Shown here in pieces: positions 28,931 to 40,871 of a DNA stretch of 64,000 bases. Location: positions 25,612,401 through 25,676,400 of the forward strand of contig CM120641.1 in assembly GCA_051362555.1 (NCBI GenBank), in the 5' to 3' direction. The notes beneath the pieces are model-generated. The model did no database searches, was not told the origin of the DNA, and worked only from the letters and a program-made list of their open reading frames with translations. The DNA is from Lingula anatina (Eukaryota > Animalia > Brachiopoda). Position 1 is the first letter of the stretch. Each line of letters opens with the position of its first letter. The translations under genes and the position numbers were made by a program.

Positions 28931-31738
28931 ATGGCAGCTGCCTTGGAGCAATACGTGAATAATGTGAGAACTTTGTCTTCACAAGGTGAGATTGATGTTG
29001 CAAGAATGACTTAGTCTGCACAAAAAACCGCTGCAGTTTTTTTGCAATTTTCCTTTGCTGTAGATGTCAGTCGTTATATTTCATACTTTCGCTTTCCTTA
29101 TTTCGTAAAACAACTCCCTCTTCACTCAGTAGGGTGCACACATGATATTTTTCTAAGTGAGCTAGAGACTTGAAATTTTGTGCACAGATAGCCACACATT
29201 TGAGTATGAATAATCAATTTAAATTTTTAATCTATCTCATTTAGATCAAAAGTTATTCAAGTTTTAGTAACACCATGTTTGTTCTTTTTTTCAGGCGCTA
29301 TTTTCAAAAATGAGACAAAAGTTGCCCCCATCATTTTTCATCCCCTTTATATTGTCACAGACATTTGAAATTTGGCACACATTAAGTATAGAAGATTGGC
29401 ATTAACCCAAAGTTTAAATTTTGGTTCTAGCATTTTCCTAAGCAGAGTTATGTGCATGTGAATTAAGCAAAATGAAGGATTTTTTGACGGTAAATGCTAG
29501 AAAATACACGTTTCTTAGGTTTTATTAATCAACAAGACTAAAACTCTTGGCAGAATAGTTGTCTTACATATGAGTATTAGTACAAAATTAATAGTATAAG
29601 TGGCAAATTGTCATTGTGAAAAAAAACAATCATTCAAACTCAGGAACAACCCACACCCTGGGGATCATAAGGTTATTCTTGCATATGTACTCTTACTCCT
29701 TAGTATCGAACACATATATATAGTATGTACATGGCACATAATTTTCTTTTATGATAAACTTCCTGCAAAAAATAAAAATGCCCCCACTTCTGAGGATGTT
29801 ACCCCCATGCATATTTCCATCACCCCTGCTTATAAATGCTGATAAGGCAGTTTGTAATAAAATTCTCTCTCTCCAGCAGTTGTCTTGATATTAGTATAAA
29901 CCAAAATTTAATTATATATTTCATGTCAGAAAACAATATCTGGTGAGCTTGAAAGAAAATAAATCAAGCTATATACATGTAGCACCTGTGATACTACTAT
30001 TTAAACCTACTAGTAATGCATAAATGTTTTAAAGCTTAAATATCATTGAAAATTAACTTGCCATGTATGAATGATAGACTTAATTTTTTTAATTCATGTG
30101 ACTTAACAGAGTTTTCTGATCCAAGATTATATTGAAAAAGTATAAGAATTATCTGTAACAATATTTGTGCTTCCAATTTGTCTATCAATTTAAGTAAAGA
30201 ATACACAAATGTGATTTAACCTCTGTTATAGGGAATTCTTGCACCACAAAACCGATTATTTTAGTTTTAAAAAGCTGTTGGTTCAACTATACTACAGAAG
30301 TCTACATATATAAAAAGTAAATATAATATATCAATACAAATGACAGTAAGTTTTAAAAGGGAACTTGAGCTATTTTAAGTCTTTGGCACGGAGATATATA
30401 AAAACAACATTAGTAAATCACAAAAAAAAAAAAAAATGGATAACCTATTGTCTCTTGTTGGCTTCCTCAAAAAAAAAAAAAAAATTTTATTTCGATGTAC
30501 GTCCATCTCTTAAAGTTCTAGATATAAATATAATTATATACATATACTTAAATCTAAAGTTCTTCACACAAATACCTACATGTACATAGAAATTTCCAAA
30601 AGGGACTTAACAATATTCACACCTTCCAGGTCATTTGAAGTCTTTGGCAAAAATGTGTAAACAGCATACGTAAATCACACACACACCAAAAAAAAAAAAA
30701 TAAAATAATAATAATAATAATAATTAATTAATTAATTAATCAATAATAAATCTGTCAAGGCCCCATAAAGACCTTTATAATCAGACAGAGACGCTAAACA
30801 CAAGAAGTTACAACTCCTTGCTAAACCAGACAACCAAGAAGAAGAGTCAGGATTATTCAATGTATTGATGCCGCAAAACGGATGAAAACACCTGCTCAGA
30901 GTTAAATTATTATGTCAAAGTAGCTTGTCAAAGTCCACTCAGGCTTAAACTTTTTAGTGCATTTCACCATGATTCCCAACAAACTCATCACAATCAGGAT
31001 TTTCTCTGTTATTATCACTTCTAACTGATGTATGCAAGCGATGTTACATTTTTGTTAAGCGTACGCAGTAAAAATTGACCTCGACTGGCTGCGGTCAACA
31101 AGCGTGTGCGAGAGGGGGGGGTGGCGTTGAAATAAATTACAAAAAAAATATTTGCCCAAATTTGCCCAAAAATCTGAAATGTTGGTTAGAAACCTTAGTC
31201 CTTGTTCTTCTACATGGCATATATTTTGTCTTGCCGCCCTTTGCCGACTTCAAAAAATAAATCAGTTTAAAAGTTTGCCCTTAAAAATTTTCACTTCTGA
31301 CCTCTCGTAGATCGCAAAAACAATACCCAAAAGGAAGTAACAGCTGTTCTCTATCACGTGTTAAGGTAGGGTTGTTCCCAATGCAGTAGTTGAGACACGC
31401 CGTGCATTGTAAGAGCGGGTTGAAATCTGATACTCTGGGGACAGTTTTAATGGCGCTTCGCGAAATAGAACAACTAACGCCACCTAGGGACGTCTGCGCT
31501 CGCTACACTCGGTCTCATCCATCGACTCGTTGAAATTCTTGTATTTTCACTGTCTTACATTTTTGTGATTATTCAAAGGAGTGTGAGCATTTGATATTTG
31601 TAGCTGCCAAGTTAACTTAACTAGTCTTGCGGTCTCACTGAAGTCGTACTTTGTAAAATTTGCCAGCTATAGGGAATAAACTGAATATGTAATTATAATG
31701 ATGATGATGATGATGAATTGATGATGATGATGATGATG

Positions 31739-31804
<66 letters not shown>

Positions 31805-32388
31805 GACAATAAAAAATAAAGAATAAATACATTAAATGAAATCAAATATTAAAAGGCAGAGGAAAGCTTAGTGAATTATTGCAATATTAATGGGAAATGC
31901 ATTATTCAGTGAATCATGAATAAAAATTTGACAGTGCTTTAGACACTTTCCCTTCAAAATTAATGCTTAATCACGTCCTTTAAAATATACCTTGTGGATT
32001 CATTTGGAACACTACACTGTATGGGTCCATTGTAACAATATTTTTTTCTTTTCCAGGCAACTTTTCTCAGCTTTGTGAGTTCATCAGTAAAAGTGGAGAC
32101 GTTTTAGGCAAGAATGCAAGTCATCTAGATAACTTGCTGGGGGCACTGGACCTCCAGGAACACTCACTTGGAGTACTAGGAATATTGTAAGCTAGCTCTT
32201 GCTCAGTTTGTTAAAGGAAAATACCCCACATTCTTGGAAGAATATTAATTGTTTCATTACTTCTTTCACTCTCTTGAAATGACTGAGGCTTACTTTTGAA
32301 TCTTAATTACACCTTGCATAGAATTTATAACATGAAAATGAAATGTGATAAACATTATGTGACATTTGTATGTAATATCTGTTGTTGA

Positions 32389-32424
<36 letters not shown>

Positions 32425-35400
32425 ATATAAACTCTGATTGTTGATGAGACTCAATTTCATCTACAGATGCATCAAGTACAATCTCCCAAATATACCTGAC
32501 TTTGAGACGCTGTTTGTGCAGACACAGGAGTTTATTAATATGTGTAATGGAGAACAAGTGCGCTATGCCACTGATAGCTGTAAGTATCATATATAAATTC
32601 ATTTATTGCTAGGTTATGTTTTTACCATTACTTATGATTATCATTGGATTTATTTAGCACAAGATGTGTATTACTAAAAACAAATCTTAACTTTCTTTCA
32701 CTATGATGTAAAATACATCATTTGAGCAAGTTGTGATTTTTAAAACTAGAATCAGTTAATGAAAATTATTTTTCTTTGTGTTTAGTTGCTGAACTATGTC
32801 ATAGGTTTACTGAGAATCTCGTGACAAGAAGACAGGTAAATACGTCCTGGGTTTTTTGGATTGTTTGCATAGTTTTAGGACCTGGCACTGCATAATCATG
32901 GCTTTCTTATCAAGTTGTATAAAATTTATAAATTGCCATTTTTATATACTGAACTATTGGTGGTACAATTGTTTATTTAAGAGATATGACTAATTATATT
33001 ATGAATAAGGATGAAACTAAGCATTTAGCACAAGCTTTTTACATAAAGTGTTGAAAGTATGAGTTATTTTTAATATTACAATTTCAAGTGCAGACATATT
33101 ATTTTCATATCTCAATTTTTTATTTGAAATTTATAATTATTTCAGCCTATTAGAGGTATCTCTGTGTTGTGCAAAGCAGTAACCAAGATCCAGCTCCATT
33201 CCTCTCAATTAACTTCAATACATGCTGACTTATGCCAGGTGATATAATATGATAATTGAATTTTATAGCTGTAAGAATATTCAAATTTGTGACTACTTGT
33301 AAATAACTTTTTTAAGCAAGCTGAAATATTCAGCTTCTTAATAATTTTTTATGACTTTTTTTACTTCTGAGAGTATACAAATTCTGCGTTGTTAGTAAAT
33401 AACTATACTTAGGGGGAATATATATTTCAAGTTGCCTTGTCATTTTTTATAGCTTTGTCTACTAGCGAAATGTTTTAAGCCAGCATTGCAGTTTCTAGAT
33501 GCTGACATAACAGAGATCAGTAAAGAGGTGAGTTTGACAAACTCTCCCCCACCCCCCAAACAAAAAAGTATATAAAGGAAATGTTAAAAACCACTAATAC
33601 ACCAAAGTTCTTATACATTTTCTCCTGAAAAGTAGTGATGTAAACATTTCTCTTTAGGACAGAAGACAGATTAAGCCACAAGTTTTGCATTATCAGGTCA
33701 TAACTTTATATAAGTTATATTAAGACAATGTAAACCAGTTGAATTCACACATTATGTCCTATATTTTTAATGTCAATGCAAACTAATGCAACTAATGCCC
33801 CATAATAGTGACATCTGTTATGATTATAGCTACCCCCAAGTCAAGCTCCTATGTTAATGCAATATTTATACTCCAATGATTTATACAGGGAGGCCAGTAT
33901 GATGCCCGCCATTTCTTGCTTTACTATTACTATGGAGGAATGATCTACACTGGACTGAAGAACTATGACAGAGCATTATATTTCTTTGAAATAGTAGGTG
34001 TTCTTGTCTAATAATAATAATCATCATCATCATCATCTCAAGTACATGTAAAATGTTAAGAAGACTTTCACTGTTTTTAAAGTAAAACTTGTCACACTTC
34101 ATTTCCAATTACATATAATAACTGGTTATACCAATTACATATAAAGACAACTATATTTGTTGTCTACACTTACAAAGAATAAAACAAAACGTGCCGCTTC
34201 TCATAATCTCCAGGTAGCACCAAAAGTGTTATGTAGATTTATGAGGATATGTTTATCTATTCTAGGCTATAACTACTCCCAGTATGGCAGTCAGTCACAT
34301 TATGTTGGAGTCCTATAAAAAACACCTGCTAGTTGCTCTGATACTTCATGGAAAAGTAAGTAGTATGACATAATCTTATCTGATGTTACACCTGTACAGC
34401 TGCCCCTGGTGTTTAAATAAATAGCTGTAGGGAAATATATTCTTCAAAATGAATTTTCTTCAACTTGGATTAATACTAGTAAACATTTTCAGTGGTGCTT
34501 TTTATGTACCAAAGATGTTAAGGAATTGTATCCAACAGATGGTTTAAAATCTGTTAATTTGCAAACTTTGTACCAGTATTTAAAAGAAGAATCCTTTTAT
34601 ATTGGTAATTGATATTTAAATACACATTATTTTTGCAGCTTATTTTTGACCTAACTTTAACCATTTTAGGTACCCACCCTCCCTAAATACACATCTCAAG
34701 TGGTATTGAGATACATAAAGGTTTGCATTGATATCTGATATCTTTAAAGATATTATAATTTCTCAGTAAATTGAAAAGTGAGTTGGCTTCGTGCCAATTG
34801 TTGTGGGTATCTTCAATCGTGAAATAATAAATTACTGGCATGAGTGAGGAAATTGAAAATTTCCATTAGTTATTGAATATAGAAAAATAGTGATTTAACT
34901 AGCTGGCACTTAACTCTTTCATATTTAAAGTAAGAAATGGCTAGTATTCATGTTTACACCATAGTTTTTCACAGTTATATTAGTTGTACATCAAGTTTAT
35001 GTTATTTGAGTTGCACAATTTTTTTCTTTTTAAAATGTGTGATTTTATTTGAAATAAGAATTAAAAGTGCTCCTCCTTTTTCCTCCACAGCCCCTTTGCC
35101 AGGCTTATCATGATGTATGTACTGCATATGGAACTAACAATCCAACAGAATTAAGGGCAGCAGTGACCAAAAACCAGGAACAATTTACAAGAGTAAGAGA
35201 GATTTTAAATGACATATATTTGCTGGTTTTGTTTTACCTTGTCTTGTGTTTTATCACCTGATACTGGGTTCTGTTTTTAATTTAAAACTAAATATATATA
35301 ATATGGCTATGTTACATGTAAAGGCTTATCTTATGAAAGTAGATTTTTAAACATGCTCAGTTTCTTTCATGGCAAGTTTGCTCAGATATCTCAATAATTT

Positions 35401-38400
35401 TAGGACAACAACATGGGTTTAATCAAGCAGTGTATCACTTCCCTGTACAAGAAAAATATTCAAAGGCTTACCAAGGTAAGGGTATTTTAAAGAAAAATGT
35501 ATTCCCATGACAATTTCTGGTTTTATTACCCAAATAGAATAAATGACTTTTATAAATGTAATCTCATATGATTTCTGGTTTGCTTTCCCTAACAGAAGTA
35601 AATGACTTGTATTTGTGTTGAAATCAGTCTTTGCTTAGTTATTGACAGCATTTTTTTTAACTTTTGTTAAATTTTGTTCATTATTATTTTTTGTAATAAG
35701 AAGTGCCTTAAACACTTATTCTAATTTCACGCAGACTTTCCTGACTCTGTCTCTGGCAGATATGGCCAACAGGGTGCAGCTTGCAACACCAAGGGAAGCA
35801 GAAAAATATGTTCTTCATATGGTGAGATTTTTCTTCAAGAAAAAAAAAATAATGGGTTCATACATGTATGCAGTCTTGTGTTAATGGACTTACTGCAGAA
35901 AAGCCTATGCACTTTACTTACTTGAAACATTTCCTTTAGCTTATATTTGCTGTATTTATTAAACTTGCCTTCAGTTGGGATACCTAGTATTCTTAAATAT
36001 AACCAGGATACTTTGGGACTGGAAGCATGTTTGGGTTTGATGAAGTTTTGAGTTGGGAAGTGCCCATAAGTTTCAGACAATACAGAAGAAATTAATAGAA
36101 TTAAATTTTTTATGATACAATCATTTCTTTGAGTTACCGAGTATATGGGTATGAGTAATGCAGAGTTATTAACATTTTTTTTTCTTAGATTGAAGATGGC
36201 GAAATATTTGCCACCATAAATCAGAAGGACGGAATGGTTAGTTTCCTTGACAACCCAGAGAAGTACAACAGTGTGGACATGCTAATGCAGTTGGATCAGG
36301 AGGTAGGTTACAACCACTAGTGCTGACTTAACAGATGCTTGCTTTGAAGCATTTAACAAAAACATCCAGTGGAAATCATCTGAAGTAGCCCAATGTCTTG
36401 CAACTTATTAAAATCAAGCAAGATAAAGTGGGATTTGAAAGATAGTGGGGTCAGACATAATGGCAACTTCATATCTCTGTCTCAAGCAACAACTAGTCAC
36501 ACCAAGAAGCTCTTAATTCTTCAGTTTAAGATTTCCTTTTTTTAAAAATAATTTTCAATTAAAAAAATTACTAAAAAAAGAATCACTTATTTGTAGCTAT
36601 ATACATACATATATATATTTTTTTGAAAAATATTGCTGATCATTATCACCATAAGTCATATTTTTATTTTATTTTTGTCAAGTATTATATATTGTATTCT
36701 GTATTCTGTCATGCTGTTCAAGGTGAAACGTGAAACAGGGTATTTTGTAAAGGGAAGATGAACCCTATATTTTGTAATTGGTGTTTCTGGATTTGTCATT
36801 GGGTGCAAAATTTGATATTTTTGCACTGTTTGTTAAATAATATGAAAAAAAAGGGTGGTCTACAGATAAGATGATAAAAATAAAACAAGTTGATTTGGAG
36901 ACTGAATTGTTAGACGTTTGCTTTCAGATGCAGAAGTGCATTGATCTGGACAACAAGCTGAAGTCAATGGACAGAGACATTGCTGTCAATCCACAGTATG
37001 TGCAGAAGGCAAGTGATTAAACCCCCTTTACACTGGACAGCACCCTTTCTGTGTCCTATGTGCAACCATGAAACTGGCATCGCTTTGGTTGTAGAAAGGA
37101 GGCACACGCATTGCTTTGGTTGCAAAATGAATGCTCAATTATTGGCCAGTTGCTGGCATGTAAAGTATTAATTTTTCTTTCTCTCTCAAACGGGGCAATA
37201 CTGCAGGACACAGAAAGGATGCCGTCCAGTGTAAAGGGGACTTTATTGATTTCCCTGCTGATGTGGAAAGGGAAAAAAGGAGTAGTCAGAAATGTTTCTT
37301 GTAAATTTTATTGTAAGAATCAACCATTTCTCCTCACATTTTACCTTATTGTGTAAGAAAAGCTTAACTTTAATGTAATCAATAATTTTTAAGATGGCGC
37401 CGACCTATGGCGACACTCCTTTGAGAGCAAGCATTATTTTAGTATTTTATCTGTTTTTAACACTGTGTTTGTCCACTGCACCTGTGTTTTACTCAAGAGA
37501 GGAACTCCTAGCTATACGGAATGCCAATCGTGCCTCAAAATCCACTGTAACGGGACTAAACACAGAGCCTTCCATACAGCGCATTGTTTCCACTCAGAAT
37601 GACAGCAGTCATGACACTAAGACAAGAAGGAAAAGGGGTAAAAGAGGAGGTCATCTGGTGAGATCCAGGAAAAGAAACCAGCGATTAGCAGTACCTAGTA
37701 TCATCTTGGCTAATGTGCAGCGTTTATTCAACAAGGTTGAAGAACTGAAGTATCGCATTGCTAACTTTAGAGACTATACTGACTGTAATGTGTTTTGTTT
37801 TACGGAAACTTGGCTGAATGATGATCACACCAACGCTAGCTTAGAACCAGCAGGTTTTACTATGTTTAGAGCAGATCGTGATAGAGACATAACCGGGAAA
37901 AATCAAGGAGGAGGAGTATGTTTTCTTGTAAACGATCGATGGTGCACCGATGCCAGTGTAGTTTTTAACCGATGTTCCCCGGACATAGAGTACCTAACCA
38001 TCAAATGCAGACCATTTTATTTGCCAAGGGAATTCTCTTGTGTTATGCTGACCGGAGTATACACTCACCCCAGGGCGGACGCGAAGAAAGCAATGGCCAC
38101 TTTGTCATCGGCCATTAACTCCTACGAAAGCTCGCACCCTAATTGCTTATCCATTGTTCTCGGCGACTTCAACAAGACCAATTTGAAAACCGTTCTGCCA
38201 AATTACCGATCGTATGTCACTTTTCCGACCAGAGGCAAAAATACTCTAGATAACTGCTACTGCCCAGTCAAAGGAGCGTATAAAGCGATGAGGAGATCGC
38301 CTCTGGGGAATTCAGACCACTGCACAATTCTCTTGATTCCAGCATATAAACAAGAATTGAAAAGAGGGAAACCCGAATCTCATAACGTTAGCATTTACTC

Positions 38401-40871
38401 ACAATCAGCTATAGATAAATTGCAGGGCTGTTTTGAGTGTACGGATTGGTCTGTGTTGAAATGTGACAACAACATAGAGGATTACACCTTGACTGTGACG
38501 GAGTACATACGTTTCTGCGAGGAGATTTGTATACCAACTAAGACAGTGACCCGATATCCTAATGACAAGAGATGGATGAATAAGAACGTTCGCCAACTAA
38601 TAAAGAAGAAAGACCAGGCATTCTGCGAAAAACAGAATGACCCAGAGACCTATCGCAGAGCTAAACTCCAACTGAAGAAGGCGATCAAAGAAGCTAAGAA
38701 ATGCATGAAAAGCAAAATAGAGGAAAGCTTTAACACTAAGAACTCTAGGGAACTGTGGTCAAATATCTCCTTAATTACTAACTACAAGGGCTCAAAACAC
38801 TCTGCTGACAAAGGAGACGCGTCACTACCGGACAAACTGAATGACTTTTATGCACGCTTTGATAAAGACAATAGTTCTTCTACAACGGTTTTACCTCCGA
38901 CTTCCCAAGCTGACAATACTGAAGCAGTTCTGCTCACCATTCACCCCTGGCAAGTAAAACGGCAATTTATGCGCCTCAATGTTCATAAGGCGTCTGGGCC
39001 AGATGGAATTTCACCTCGTGTTCTCAAACTCTGTGCTGACCAACTTGCGTACGTCTTTACTGTCATCTACAACTGGTCTCTACAAATCCGCAAAGTACCA
39101 TTGCTCTGGAAGACGGCGTCTATCATCCCGGTACCAAAATCCAACCGAGTTACCAGCTTAAACGATCTTAGACCCGTGGCTCTGACTCCGGTGCCCATGA
39201 AAATTTTAGAAAAATTAGTTTTAAATTTTATTAAAGAAATTGTGCCAAAAACCTTGGACCCACTGCAATTCGCTTATCGATCTAACAGAAATGTTGAAGA
39301 TGCAGTTAATCTGTGCCTACACACTGTACTACAACACTTAGATAACAAAAACTCTTATGCAAGGATTTTATTTATTGACTACAGTTCAGCTTTTAACACA
39401 ATTGTGCCAAAAAAACTATATTTGAAACTTTTAAACCATCTTAAGCTACCTGTTTTTATTTGTGACTGGATTTTAGACTTTCTTTTAGATAGAAGACAAT
39501 CTGTTAAAGTTGGCTCATTTAGCTCAAAAATAACAGTCTTAAATACCGGTGCACCACAGGGATGCGTCCTTTCACCTTGTCTTTACTCCTTTTTTACTTA
39601 CGATTGCACTAGTGTAAGCGATGGGACTTTTCTCATGAAATTTGCGGACGATACTACGCTGGTGGGGCTAGTCACTGATAATGACGAGAGTACATATAGA
39701 GAATCTGTTGAGTCGTTGTTAAGCTGGTGCGAGAGTAATGATCTTATCTTGAACGTAGCTAAAACCAAAGAAATGATAGTGGATTTTAGAAGGAATCAGA
39801 ATGTAAAGGTACCACTCACCATTGGTAATGATGAAGTCAGTAGGGTAGAGGAATTTAAACTACTTGGTATACACCTTAACAGTAAATTGAATTGGAAAGA
39901 TAACACCGTAAAGAGTGTAAAGAAGGCACGGCAAAGACTGTATTTTTTAAGATCATTGAGAACTTTTACTGATAGTGTGCCTATTTTAGTCAATTTTTAT
40001 AGGTGTGTAATTGAAAGCATTCTAGCGTATGGAATTATAATATGGTATAGCGGAACAGCTGGGGAGGAAAGGAAGAAATTAGCAAACGTTGTAAAAACTG
40101 CAAGCAGGATTATCGGGCAAGATCTCCCCATGCTGGATGATATTTTTAAGGACAGGATGGAGAAAAGAATTGTCAACACCATGAAAGACGCTTCCCATCC
40201 TGCATCCTCTCTTTTTACTTTTTTACCAAGCAACAGTAGACTTTTAACTTTTAAAGGCAGTAAACGCTTTTTAAACAGCTTTTATCCAAGTGCAGTGACG
40301 CATTTTAATTTGATCTCAAAGCTAAATTCTTAATTAATTTATTTATTGTATTATTTTATTATTTTACTCTGTATATTAATGGAAAATGATTTCCGATTTT
40401 TATAATTGGCTAAATAAACTCTTATCTTATCTTATCTTCTGTTTTTGGGGTGCTATTTCCATAATTTATTGATTCATCTTTGTCAGTAATCTGAGAGAAG
40501 TATAATCAAGTTATAAGTAGAGTTGTTTGCAATTCTATAACATTAATTAGTAAGTTGTGTGCATGTCTATTATCACATGCAATGGTTTAGCATTTCATTC
40601 CATTTGCAAACTTTTCTTCTTTATTGATTTTCCTGGGAAGAAAATTGATATTTATATTTAAAATGCTATTAACACGTATCATTTGCCATGATAGTAATGA
40701 AAATAAAACCACCCAGCCTCCACATTTATTGATTTACAGAAATACATTAAGTTCAAAGTTACTTACTAAATGAAACAAAATCAAATTGTGCATTTTTTTT
40801 ATTTTCAGAGTGCCGGTCTTCACGATGAGGATATGCAGCCAGCATCAACTAGTAAAGGAACAGGATATTAA
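28931..40871 (+). CDS. COPS3: COP9 signalosome complex subunit 3, 426 aa, 15 exons
   Basis: Exons 28931-28985 ([19 protein letters not shown]), 32057-32186, 32467-32579, 32786-32835, 33146-33238 ([11 protein letters not shown]), 33453-33527, 33889-33993 ([12 protein letters not shown]), 34266-34355, 34670-34720, 35091-35192, 35404-35475, 35735-35821, 36189-36302 ([17 protein letters not shown]), 36928-37008, 40809-40871; 1281 nt in frame. The last intron has a GC donor (AAG|GCAAGT). Confidence 0.96.
29130..29600. mobile_element. Probable non-autonomous DNA transposon remnant in COPS3 intron 1
   Basis: Starts TAGGGTG and carries the repeated GAAATTTTGTGCACA / GAAATTTGGCACAC motifs common in invertebrate MITEs. 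Ends are not defined. Confidence 0.3.
31697..31803. repeat. Compound (ATG)n(AAT)n microsatellite
   Basis: Direct read; source of the poly-L/poly-H spurious ORF 31635..31832. Confidence 0.95.
37021..37242. mobile_element. PIF/Harbinger-like MITE, about 220 bp, at the start of the COPS3 last intron
   Basis: 35-bp TIRs CCCCTTTACACTGGACAGCACCCTTTCTGTGTCCT (37023-37057) and AGGACACAGAAAGGATGCCGTCCAGTGTAAAGGGG (37205-37239), 2 mismatches; TAA/TTA flanks. Confidence 0.75.
37391..40438 (+). mobile_element. Full-length non-LTR retrotransposon, Rex1/Babar (CR1-group) type, in COPS3 intron 14
   Basis: Begins AAGATGGCGCC; single intact ORF; short AT-rich 3' UTR with AATAAA (40413-40418) and a (CTTAT)n tail (40421-40438). 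No obvious TSD. Confidence 0.9.
37394..40333 (+). CDS. LINE ORF: APE endonuclease + reverse transcriptase, 979 aa
   Basis: APE motifs (ILANV, FTETWL, GDFN, TLDNCY, NSDH); RT motifs ([50 protein letters not shown]). N-terminal [10 protein letters not shown]...RKRGKRGG is characteristic of Rex1/Babar. Confidence 0.96.
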   Translation: MAPTYGDTPLRASIILVFYLFLTLCLSTAPVFYSREELLAIRNANRASKSTVTGLNTEPSIQRIVSTQNDSSHDTKTRRKRGKRGGHLVRSRKRNQRLAVPSIILANVQRLFNKVEELKYRIANFRDYTDCNVFCFTETWLNDDHTNASLEPAGFTMFRADRDRDITGKNQGGGVCFLVNDRWCTDASVVFNRCSPDIEYLTIKCRPFYLPREFSCVMLTGVYTHPRADAKKAMATLSSAINSYESSHPNCLSIVLGDFNKTNLKTVLPNYRSYVTFPTRGKNTLDNCYCPVKGAYKAMRRSPLGNSDHCTILLIPAYKQELKRGKPESHNVSIYSQSAIDKLQGCFECTDWSVLKCDNNIEDYTLTVTEYIRFCEEICIPTKTVTRYPNDKRWMNKNVRQLIKKKDQAFCEKQNDPETYRRAKLQLKKAIKEAKKCMKSKIEESFNTKNSRELWSNISLITNYKGSKHSADKGDASLPDKLNDFYARFDKDNSSSTTVLPPTSQADNTEAVLLTIHPWQVKRQFMRLNVHKASGPDGISPRVLKLCADQLAYVFTVIYNWSLQIRKVPLLWKTASIIPVPKSNRVTSLNDLRPVALTPVPMKILEKLVLNFIKEIVPKTLDPLQFAYRSNRNVEDAVNLCLHTVLQHLDNKNSYARILFIDYSSAFNTIVPKKLYLKLLNHLKLPVFICDWILDFLLDRRQSVKVGSFSSKITVLNTGAPQGCVLSPCLYSFFTYDCTSVSDGTFLMKFADDTTLVGLVTDNDESTYRESVESLLSWCESNDLILNVAKTKEMIVDFRRNQNVKVPLTIGNDEVSRVEEFKLLGIHLNSKLNWKDNTVKSVKKARQRLYFLRSLRTFTDSVPILVNFYRCVIESILAYGIIIWYSGTAGEERKKLANVVKTASRIIGQDLPMLDDIFKDRMEKRIVNTMKDASHPASSLFTFLPSNSRLLTFKGSKRFLNSFYPSAVTHFNLISKLNS

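Noticed and set aside
38405-40233. Antisense ORFs within the LINE, and similar shadow ORFs over GT92, MPST and the TE island
   Set aside because: Short opposite-strand shadows of real coding sequence with no recognisable motifs.
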